A stretch of DNA of 64,000 nucleotides from an uncultured archaeon (GTDB lineage Archaea; Hadarchaeota; Hadarchaeia; Hadarchaeales; Hadarchaeaceae), in NCBI GenBank assembly GCA_937921735.1, contig CAKZTQ010000011.1, forward strand, positions 82,333 to 146,332, in the 5' to 3' direction. Below are positions 27,623-35,352 of the stretch, one piece after another. The translations under genes and the position numbers were made by a program. The number at the start of each line of letters is the position of its first letter. Position 1 is the stretch's first letter. The notes under the pieces are model-generated. The model ran no database searches. It saw only the letters and a list, made by a program, of their open reading frames with translations, and was not told the DNA's origin.

Positions 27623-27631
27623 CGCCCCAGC

Positions 27632-28699
27632 TCACCCGTCGGGCCCCACCCGAAGTATGTTGTAGCCAGCGGCCTTCCTCAGCCTGTTCATCACCGCTAG
27701 CCCCATGCCCACGGGCTCCAGACCCTCGGCGACGACTAGATCGATGCCCTCGGCGTCGAACTCACGCAGCAGCCTGAACAAGTTTTTGGCCACGCTTCTC
27801 GGGTCACGCCTGCTGCCGGCGACCTTCACCACGTCCGCCCGATACCTAGCCGCGGTCTCCTCGGTGGCCATGACCCCCACCCTCTCGCCCAGCCCCCTGC
27901 GAGCGTCGACGAGCTCCTGGATCCTGAGGCAGACCTCCTCGATCGGACCCTCTACGATTATCATCTCCGCCAGCGGGGCGTAGTGGCGGTACTTCATGCC
28001 CGGTGAGCGAGCGATGACCTGCTCCACGGGCGCCTCCGCCTTCGCGGCTGGGTGGACCTCGACCTCGCCTATAAGCTCCCTGAGCTCCTCCACCGTCACC
28101 GGGCCTGGCCTCAGCACCGTCGGTGGCTCGGTCGTCAAGTCCAGCACCGTCGACTCCACTCCGTAGCTTATCTCCCCGCCATCTATCACCATCTCTATCC
28201 TCCCCGAGAGGTCCCTGAGCACGTGTTCGGCGCTCGTTGGGCTGGGCCTTCCGGCGAGGTTCGCGCTGGGGGCGGCGATCGGCACTCCCGCCTCCGCTAT
28301 CAGCGCGTGCGCGATGGCGTGGCTGGGCATGCGAATCGCCACGGTATCGAGGCCGGCGGTGACCGCCTTGGGCACGGCTTCGGACTTTGGGAAGAGCAGC
28401 GTTAGGGGGCCCGGCCAAAACCTGTCGATGAGCCCCTCAGCGATCCCCGGCACCTGCTCCGCCAGCACGTAGACGTCCTCCTTCTCGGCGATGTGTACGA
28501 TTATGGGGTTGTCCGCGGGCCTGTTCTTCGCCTCGAAGATCCTCAGCACCGCCCTCTCGTCGAGCGCGTTCGCTCCAAGCCCATAGACGGTCTCCGTCGG
28601 AAATGCCACTAGGCCACCCCTCCTGAGCACTTCGGCCGCCGCGCGGATCTTCTCCGACTCGGGCTGTCGAGGGTCGACCTTGAGCACCACGGTGTTCAT
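27632..28699 (-). CDS. sua5: L-threonylcarbamoyladenylate synthase Sua5 (t6A biosynthesis)
   Basis: 355 aa. YrdC-like N-domain (GGLVAFPTETVYGLGANA, PGPLTLL, RMPSH, APSANLAGRPSPT) plus a Sua5 C-terminal domain. Confidence 0.9.
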   Translation of the reverse strand: MNTVVLKVDPRQPESEKIRAAAEVLRRGGLVAFPTETVYGLGANALDERAVLRIFEAKNRPADNPIIVHIAEKEDVYVLAEQVPGIAEGLIDRFWPGPLTLLFPKSEAVPKAVTAGLDTVAIRMPSHAIAHALIAEAGVPIAAPSANLAGRPSPTSAEHVLRDLSGRIEMVIDGGEISYGVESTVLDLTTEPPTVLRPGPVTVEELRELIGEVEVHPAAKAEAPVEQVIARSPGMKYRHYAPLAEMIIVEGPIEEVCLRIQELVDARRGLGERVGVMATEETAARYRADVVKVAGSRRDPRSVAKNLFRLLREFDAEGIDLVVAEGLEPVGMGLAVMNRLRKAAGYNILRVGPDG

Positions 28700-29493
28700 C
28701 GCCTGTCCCCTCGCGAGGCCAGCCTCGCTATTAAGGCGGCGAATACTCCCGCCCCAAAGCCGTTGTCGATGTTGACGACGGCCAGCTTCGGCGAGCAGGA
28801 CTGGAGCATGGTCACCAGCGCCCCTATGCCTTCGGCACCAACGCCGTAGCCTATGGACGTCGGCACGCCTATCACTGGCACGTCGACGAGGCTCGAGACC
28901 ACCGAGGGCAGGGCTCCCTCCATGCCCGCGACGACGACGATCGCCGCGACGCCTTCGTCGATCATCCGCTTGAGGGGCTCGAAGAGGCGGTGGATCCCCG
29001 CCACGCCCACATCGTATGCCTTCAAAACCTCGCAGCCCATCACCTGTGCCGCGACGGAGGCCTCCTCCGCGACCGGGATGTCCGCGGTGCCCGCCGCGAG
29101 CACGCCTATCTTACCAGCCTTGGGGAAGGCGTACCCCCTGCGCCTCACCACCATCGTCCTAGCCCTCTCGTTGTACTCTAGCTCAAAGCCCTTGGGCAAG
29201 CGGGCCTTCAGCTCCTCCAGATGACCCTTTCCGGCGCGGGTGACCAGCGCGTAGCCGGCTTCCCTCGCCATGGCTATCGCCGCCCTGGCCGAGTCCTTCG
29301 GACTCTTGCCCTCCGCCAGGATCGCCTCGGGCACTCCCGTCCTTATGGCTCGGCCGGTGTCGAGCCTCGCCAGGTCCGCGATGCGCTTCACGTTGATCGC
29401 CGCCAGGCGGCGCTTCGCCTGCTCCACCGTGAGTTCTCCCGAGAGCAGCTTTCTGAGCACGTCCTCCACGTCGAGGTCGAGCGTTTTGGCCAT
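28696..29493 (-). CDS. larB: LarB-type (PurE-like) pyridinium-3,5-biscarboxylic acid mononucleotide synthase
   Basis: 265 aa. N-terminal extension plus a PurE-like core (KIGVLAAGTADIPVAEEA, VVAGMEGALPSVV, IGVPTSIGYG). Its stop overlaps the sua5 ATG (ATGA). Confidence 0.75.
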   Translation of the reverse strand: MAKTLDLDVEDVLRKLLSGELTVEQAKRRLAAINVKRIADLARLDTGRAIRTGVPEAILAEGKSPKDSARAAIAMAREAGYALVTRAGKGHLEELKARLPKGFELEYNERARTMVVRRRGYAFPKAGKIGVLAAGTADIPVAEEASVAAQVMGCEVLKAYDVGVAGIHRLFEPLKRMIDEGVAAIVVVAGMEGALPSVVSSLVDVPVIGVPTSIGYGVGAEGIGALVTMLQSCSPKLAVVNIDNGFGAGVFAALIARLASRGDRR

Positions 29494-29564
29494 AGCGATC
29501 CGCGACTTTCTATTATCACCGAATATCCTTAAATGATGGCGCGGTGAAATTCAAAGGGATTTCC

Positions 29565-29939
29565 ATGGAGGTCGAATTGCTGGGCAAGAGCGTCAACGCC
29601 CCAAAGTTCCTCGAGGTGCTCGAAAAGGAGTTCGACTGGTTCATCTCCTACACCCTACTGCTGGCGGAGAAGCACTTCGAGGATCCCGAGACGAAGAGAA
29701 TATACATAGCTATCGTCTTCGTGGGCGATTACCTCTGGGACATCCATACCATCAGGTTCGAGGAGGTAGTGTACGAGAAGGACCGCACCCGAAGGCACAA
29801 GGTGGTGGCCCCGCCTCAGGCGGTGCTCGAGCGGGTGCTGGCAGAGCTCAAGGTAGCCTTCGAGAAGGCTAAGGAGCTGCCGCCTCAGATAAAAAAGCGG
29901 TTAGAAGAGACCAAGGCAGAGCAGGCCAAGGCGGAGTAA
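29565..29939 (+). CDS. Hypothetical protein
   Basis: ORF 29544..29939. I prefer the ATG at 29565, about 33 nt downstream of CCTTAAATGA. The C-terminal tail is Lys/Glu-rich. No recognised family. Confidence 0.5.
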   Translation: MEVELLGKSVNAPKFLEVLEKEFDWFISYTLLLAEKHFEDPETKRIYIAIVFVGDYLWDIHTIRFEEVVYEKDRTRRHKVVAPPQAVLERVLAELKVAFEKAKELPPQIKKRLEETKAEQAKAE

Positions 29940-29940
29940 T

Positions 29941-30729
29941 TCACCTCGAGAGCTCCCTTGCTCTCCTCGCCGCAGCTTTAACCGCCTCTTTGATCGCTTC
30001 CTCGACCTTTCTCTCCTCCAAGACCTTGAGCCCTTCTATAGTGGTGCCCTTGGGAGAGCAAACCATTCTCGTCAGCTCTTCGAGCCCTTTTCCCGAGCGG
30101 AGCGTCATCTCCCCCGCCCCCTTCGCCGTTTGGGCGGCGAGGCGCAGCGCGACGTCAGGCGAGAGGCCGAGTTCCACTCCCGCCTGCTGCATCGCCCCGA
30201 TGATGAGGTAGAAGTACGCGGGGCCGCTGCCGCTGAGTCCCGTCACCGCGTCCATCGCCTCCTCCTCCACCTCTATCGCCTCGCCCACGCTCGCGAGCAG
30301 CTTCTTTACCAACTCCCTGTCCTCGGCGGTCGCCCTAGTGCCAGCGGAGAAGCAAGAGGCCATCTCGCCTACTAAGCCGCAAATGTTCGGCATGACCCTT
30401 ATGACCCGAGCTTCCGTTTTGCTCTCGATGAACCTCGTCGAGACCCCCGCGGCGACCGAGATCAGGAGCTTGCCCTCGGAGAACTCGCGGATCTCCTCTA
30501 ACACCTCCCCTACAACGTCGGGCTTAACCGCGATGAATATGACGTCGCTCGAGGCCGCCACCCTCTTGTTGTCCGTCGTCGCCTCTACCCCGAGTTTTTT
30601 CAGCCCCTCCAGCTTGCTCTCGTCGGCATCGCTGGCGATGATCTCCTCGCCCCTAAGCGATCCAGCTCCGAGCAGGCCCGTTATCAGCGAGCTGCCCAAG
30701 TTGCCGCATCCGATGAATCCAACCCTCAT
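29941..30729 (-). CDS. proC: Pyrroline-5-carboxylate reductase
   Basis: ORF trimmed to MRVGFIGCGNLG (Rossmann motif). P5CR-type C-terminal dimerisation region (SGSGPAYFY, CSPKGTT). Confidence 0.85.
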   Translation of the reverse strand: MRVGFIGCGNLGSSLITGLLGAGSLRGEEIIASDADESKLEGLKKLGVEATTDNKRVAASSDVIFIAVKPDVVGEVLEEIREFSEGKLLISVAAGVSTRFIESKTEARVIRVMPNICGLVGEMASCFSAGTRATAEDRELVKKLLASVGEAIEVEEEAMDAVTGLSGSGPAYFYLIIGAMQQAGVELGLSPDVALRLAAQTAKGAGEMTLRSGKGLEELTRMVCSPKGTTIEGLKVLEERKVEEAIKEAVKAAARRARELSR

Positions 30730-30814
30730 CCCCGTCCCATTTCCCCCATCTGTGGCGGGCAATAAAAGCCATAGCTCAGAAGGCTTTTAGGGCGACCGAG
30801 CAATTTTTTATTGT

Positions 30815-30903
30815 GCCCCGGTAGCTCAGCCGGTCGGAGCGCGCGCTTGGTATCGCCGACGAAGAGCGCGAGGTCGCGGGTTCAATTCCCGCCCGGGGCT
30901 CCA
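30815..30903 (+). tRNA. tRNA-Thr (anticodon GGU) with a 12-nt intron at 37/38, CCA encoded
   Basis: GCCCCGG-TA-GCTC-AGCCGGTCG-GAGC-G-CGCGC-TTGGTA[TCGCCGACGAAG]A-GCGCG-AGGTC-GCGGG-TTCAATT-CCCGC-CCGGGGC-T-CCA. Confidence 0.85.
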
Positions 30904-30910
30904 AAAACTG

Positions 30911-31529
30911 CTACACCAAGCTAAGGGTCGCGATCATCCCAGTTTCCGTCGGTTTGAACGTGAAGCCCAATTTCTCGCAAAGCCTGACCATCTTCCTGTT
31001 TTCCGGGGAGATTATCCCGTATATGCTCTCCAGCCCCTTCTCTTGAGCTATGGATATCAGCATGTCGACGAGCTCAGTCCCCAACCCCTTCCCCTGATAC
31101 TCATCGGTCACGACCACCGCTCTGAGAGATAAACGCTATCTCACCTGGCTCCGGACTCTCTCTCAGGAAGGTGGCGTTGAGGCCCAGATGAGGCCTTATA
31201 AAACCGATCTCCCGGAAGCCAGCAGATATTATAACAACCCCATCCACCCCCAGCTGGCCGCACTCCTCGACCAACTTCGGGACGGTCTTGTTGGGGGTGG
31301 CGATGACGGCCAAATCTATGTGATCGTCTATGTTCAGCACGCTGGAGACGCATTTTATTCCCAACACGCTTTGCCTATTGGGGTTTACTGGGTAAATTTT
31401 TCTACCGTTACCTCCGGCGAGCAGATTTTTCATTATCTGGAGACCCACCGAACCTTCTCGCTCCGTGGCCCCTATGAAGGCTATCGTCCTGGGATTGAAC
31501 ATGTTCTCCAATCGACTCATGAAGATCAA
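30911..31529 (-). pseudogene. Remnant of a bifunctional ADP-forming acyl-CoA synthetase/GNAT acetyltransferase (Pat-like) gene with a large internal deletion
   Basis: ORF 31101..31529 encodes only the N-terminal CoA-binding part (RTIAFIGAT, IYPVNP, DLAVIATP, ISAGF, LNATF, IAFISQSG), then stops. In another frame, ORF 30911..31117 encodes only a GNAT C-terminus (VVTDEYQGKGLGTELV...EKLGF). Proteins of this family that I know are far longer. Confidence 0.7.
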
Positions 31530-31628
31530 TATTTGATTGGCTATCGAGCTTAAAACATCTTGCTGGGAAATTCCGAAAATTCTGGTTCACCGTTTAGAGC
31601 TGGTCTTGGTGCCTTAAAGGAAATTTCA

Positions 31629-32531
31629 CTAGACGAAGAGATACAACGCGAGCGAGAGGGTCGCGATGGAGACAAGCGTCGTCACCACCATCGCGTCGGC
31701 CGCGAAATCGCTGCCCACGCCGAACCGATGCGTCAGGATGAATATGAACACCGCGACCGGCGTCGAGGCCTGTAACAACGAGGACTTGAAAGCTAACCCC
31801 CCAAAGCCGAGGGGTAAGGAGATGAAAAGCACCACCAGCGGGTGGAGGACCAACTTGAGCGCGCTCACCAACGCCATCTCCCTCGCGCGCTTGCCTGGCC
31901 TCGACCCGCATAGGAAGGCACCCATCGCGACCAGCGCGACCGGAGGGGCACTTTCGGCGACCATCTCCCAGAGCCGGGGGAAGGGTAAAGGAAGCTTCGC
32001 CCCGGAGAAGATCAGCCCTAGTATTATTCCCCAGATTAAGGGCACCCTCCAGATCCAAGAGCCCACCGAGGCCCTTTCGGAGGAGTAGCGCCCGAGCATC
32101 AGCACGCCCAGCGTCATGGTAACGATGAAATAGATCGCCACCGTCAACGAGGCGAAGGGCATGGCCCCTTCCCCTAAGGCCAAGCGGTTGAGCGGGAAGC
32201 CCATGTAGGCGACGTTGCCCGAGAACGCGCAGAGGATGAAGACCTCCCTTAGCCCGTCCTCTAGCTCGAGCGCCGCCGCAATCGCGCTGGCGATGCCCAT
32301 CACTAGGAAGATCCCGGCGAAGTTCACGAGGTAAAACCTTGGGTCGAACACGGTGAAGAAATCCACCTCGCGCAGGCTCATGAACACCAGCACGGGGAAG
32401 CCCACGTAGTAGACATAGTCGGTGAGCACCCTCGCGCCCGCTCGCGTGATGATCCCCGCTTTCCCCAGGGCCCAGCCCATCGCGATTATTCCGAAGATGG
32501 GGACGATGGTCTCGAGGAGTATCCCGCTCAC
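31629..32531 (-). CDS. AEC (auxin efflux carrier) family transporter
   Basis: 300 aa, about 10 TM helices. The N-terminus ILLETIVPIFGIIAMGWALGKAGII is typical of the AEC family. Confidence 0.8.
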   Translation of the reverse strand: MSGILLETIVPIFGIIAMGWALGKAGIITRAGARVLTDYVYYVGFPVLVFMSLREVDFFTVFDPRFYLVNFAGIFLVMGIASAIAAALELEDGLREVFILCAFSGNVAYMGFPLNRLALGEGAMPFASLTVAIYFIVTMTLGVLMLGRYSSERASVGSWIWRVPLIWGIILGLIFSGAKLPLPFPRLWEMVAESAPPVALVAMGAFLCGSRPGKRAREMALVSALKLVLHPLVVLFISLPLGFGGLAFKSSLLQASTPVAVFIFILTHRFGVGSDFAADAMVVTTLVSIATLSLALYLFV

Positions 32532-32615
32532 CTTCGCGAGGTTTTTCGATTGCGGACGTCTCTTCTGACGCCGTTACTTTAAATATTGTCGAGTAGAGTA
32601 AGCTTGGGTTAGGTC

Positions 32616-33401
32616 ATGCAGGAATGGTTGGCGGGTTTAATAGTCTTCGTGGTCCTGATAGTACTGGTCCTGCTCTCGTTCGCCATAAAGATCCTGCGCG
32701 AATACGAGCGGGGGGTGCTCTTCAGGCTGGGCAGGTTCGTGGGCGTCAAGGGTCCTGGCATTTTCTTAATAGTGCCAGGCTTCGACCGCATGGCCAAGGT
32801 GGACCTTCGAACCATAACCCTAGACGTGCCCAAGCAGAGGGTGGTGACGAAGGACAACGTGAGCGTCGACGTCGACGCCGTCGTCTACATGAGGGTCTTC
32901 AACCCTGCCGACGCGGTAATGAAGGTCGAGGACTACATCCTCGCCACGAGCTTGCTCTCGCAGACCACGGTCAGGGACGTGCTCGGGCAGGTGGAGCTCG
33001 ACGACCTGCTGACGAAACGCGAGGAGCTTAACAAGAAACTCCAAAAGATACTGGACGAGGCCACGGATCCCTGGGGGGTAAAGGTGAGCGCGGTCACCAT
33101 CAAGGACATCGCCCTACCGGAGGCCATGCTTCGAGCCATAGCGAAGCAGGCGGAGGCGGAGAGGGAGCGAAGGTCAAGGGTGATCATGGCGACGGGCGAG
33201 CTGGAGGCGGCAACTAAAATGGCGGAGGCAGCGCAGCGCTACCAGAAGAACCCCGCAGCGCTGAGGCTGAGGGAGCTGCAGACGCTCACCGAGATCGCAA
33301 GGGAGAAGAACTTGATAATCGTCACCCCAGCACAACTTGGCTCCCCCATCGGCGAGGTTTTGGGGCTCACCGCGGGGCTGCGAAAGCAAAAGGGAGATTA
33401 A
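32616..33401 (+). CDS. SPFH/Band 7 stomatin-like protein
   Basis: 261 aa. N-terminal TM, then ILREYERGVLFRLGRFVGVKGPGIFLIVPGFDRMAKVDLRT and a coiled-coil AEAERERR region. Confidence 0.9.
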   Translation: MQEWLAGLIVFVVLIVLVLLSFAIKILREYERGVLFRLGRFVGVKGPGIFLIVPGFDRMAKVDLRTITLDVPKQRVVTKDNVSVDVDAVVYMRVFNPADAVMKVEDYILATSLLSQTTVRDVLGQVELDDLLTKREELNKKLQKILDEATDPWGVKVSAVTIKDIALPEAMLRAIAKQAEAERERRSRVIMATGELEAATKMAEAAQRYQKNPAALRLRELQTLTEIAREKNLIIVTPAQLGSPIGEVLGLTAGLRKQKGD

Positions 33402-33402
33402 G

Positions 33403-34671
33403 TCATTTCCGCCTCTCGACGATGAGCTCCATCCCCTTTACGTCTACGACCACCACTTCCTCGCCCTTCCGTATTCGCTCCTTGGAACTGGCCGTCCAGA
33501 GCTCGCCCCTGACCCTCACCATGCCCTTCGGGTCGATGGCGGTGACGGCGGTGCCGACCTCACCTATCATCGCCTCCCTGCCGACCTTGATCGGCTTCCT
33601 CCTGAGGGAGCGCCTGACTATCGCAAGCAGAAAGGCGAAGACGATGACGAGGCCCAAAAGTACGCCCTTCAGGATGTCCCCGGCCACCCGCACCCACGGC
33701 TCCTTGTCTATCATCATGAAGCCGAATATCAGGCTGACTATGCCCCCAACCCCGAACGCCCCGAAGCCGGGGGTGAAGATCTCGATGCCCAGCAGTATGG
33801 TGCCGAGGATGATGAGCGCCACCGCGGCGTAGTTCACCTCGAGGACGCCTAAGCCCCACAGAGCGAGCAGTAGGCATATGCCACCTGCTATGCCTGGCAC
33901 GCCCACGCCCGGGGTGGTGACCTCCGCTATTATGCCGAGCAACCCGGCGATGAAGAGGATTAGGACCACCTGGGGGTCGCTCAATATCCTGAGCACCCTG
34001 TCGAACGCACCCATCTCTATCGTCCTCACCTCAGCGTTTGAGAGGTCGATGTAGTTCAATAGCTCGTCATACCCGTCCGCGGTGAGGTCGATGATGCCGC
34101 TCTCGAGTGCCTCTTGGGGACCCATGGTGCGGTTCTTCGTCACGAATTCCTCAGCGACGTCGGCTGGGCGCCCGCGGTAGGTGGCGATCTCCCTGATCCA
34201 GCCGATCATGGCCTCGACCGTCTTGTTCTCCGCGGGCTGTGGTTGCGCAGCCCCCAGGACGGTGCCCAAGTCCATCGCCGCCACGTTTGAGGCAAGCAGG
34301 ATGTAGGTGCCTGCCGAGTACGCCCACGCCCCCTCAGGCGTCACCCACGCGACGATGGTTGTCCTAGCCGTGAGCATGCGGTCGACGATGTCCTTGGTGG
34401 CGGAAACCAAGCCCCCCGGCGTGTTGAGCTTCATTATCAAGGCGGCGTTGTCCCGCTCCGCTTTGGCGATGGACCTTTCGACGAAGTTAGCGACGCCGGC
34501 GTCGATGGTGCCCTCGATTTTTATCGCGTACACGAGCTCTCGCTTCCCAGGCCTTGCCCGAACAGCGGCTGAGCTGCAGACGATCGCGAGAAGCGCTAGG
34601 AACGCGAGGATTCGAACCCTCGTGCACCCGTCCCTTCGGCGATTCGGCGAGCGCAAGTTAAGGTCGCCCAT
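33403..34671 (-). CDS. NfeD-like membrane-bound ClpP-class serine protease (stomatin partner)
   Basis: 422 aa. Signal/anchor, ClpP-like domain (LNTPGGLV, AYSAGTYI), multi-TM middle region and a C-terminal OB-fold NfeD domain (VRVRGELWTA). Confidence 0.85.
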   Translation of the reverse strand: MGDLNLRSPNRRRDGCTRVRILAFLALLAIVCSSAAVRARPGKRELVYAIKIEGTIDAGVANFVERSIAKAERDNAALIMKLNTPGGLVSATKDIVDRMLTARTTIVAWVTPEGAWAYSAGTYILLASNVAAMDLGTVLGAAQPQPAENKTVEAMIGWIREIATYRGRPADVAEEFVTKNRTMGPQEALESGIIDLTADGYDELLNYIDLSNAEVRTIEMGAFDRVLRILSDPQVVLILFIAGLLGIIAEVTTPGVGVPGIAGGICLLLALWGLGVLEVNYAAVALIILGTILLGIEIFTPGFGAFGVGGIVSLIFGFMMIDKEPWVRVAGDILKGVLLGLVIVFAFLLAIVRRSLRRKPIKVGREAMIGEVGTAVTAIDPKGMVRVRGELWTASSKERIRKGEEVVVVDVKGMELIVERRK

Positions 34672-35012
34672 GCAATATTCCTCCGTGAAGGTATAATTAT
34701 TCGCCGCCGCGCGTTACGAATATCCTTTCGGGTGGGCCGCGTTAACGGATAAACGTCGGTCTTATCGTTTATGGCGAGAACCGAAAACCAGATGTCCTAC
34801 ATCCGTGGCGGTGACCTATTTAGGACATCTTGTCTCATTTGAGACCCCGTGACCCCAAAGAGTTACTGGGCATGGCGGTTCATTGGACATTTGAGGCACT
34901 GAGCGTCCTATTTGTGACATCGGCGGTGGTCGAACGATCTACCAATAGCGTTTTAAGCACCACTGGCTCAGACCATAGTGTTCAGCCAAACGAGGTCCGC
35001 GCTGGTGTGAGC

Positions 35013-35339
35013 ATGGAGCCAACGAGCAAGGTCACGGTTCTCTTCGCGATTCTGGGCGTGATCGCCGGCTCCCTCTCGGGCCTCATATCCCACGTGGGGG
35101 TTGCCCTGCTCCTCGCGCTCGTCTTCTTCTATGGGGGGTACAGGTGGTGTCGTTCGATGTTCGGCATCGCGAAGCCGTCCAAACCCCAGCAACAGGCACC
35201 GCCCCAGCCCCAGCAGCCGCAGCCCACGCAGCCGCAAATGGAGTCTGGAAGGAAGATAGCGACGACGGGCATCACGCCCTTCTTCGTCATGTGGCTGATA
35301 TTTTGGATAATGACGTACACCATTAAATTGGCCGCCTGA
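35013..35339 (+). CDS. Small membrane protein with a Pro/Gln-rich linker
   Basis: ORF 34830..35339 trimmed to the ATG at 35013 (preceded by GGTG), where third-position G+C rises sharply. TM helices flank KPSKPQQQAPPQPQQPQPTQPQ. Confidence 0.45.
   Translation: MEPTSKVTVLFAILGVIAGSLSGLISHVGVALLLALVFFYGGYRWCRSMFGIAKPSKPQQQAPPQPQQPQPTQPQMESGRKIATTGITPFFVMWLIFWIMTYTIKLAA
35184..35237 (+). repeat. Low-complexity CAG/CCG-rich tract encoding the Pro/Gln linker
   Basis: CCCCAGCAACAGGCACCGCCCCAGCCCCAGCAGCCGCAGCCCACGCAGCCGCAA, read directly from the sequence. Confidence 0.6.
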
Positions 35340-35352
35340 AGATTAGAGTTCG

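Noticed and set aside
33337-33852. 171-aa plus-strand ORF antisense to nfeD (and 33422..33832)
   Set aside because: They overlap the NfeD gene, whose domain structure is clear. The translations are low-complexity.
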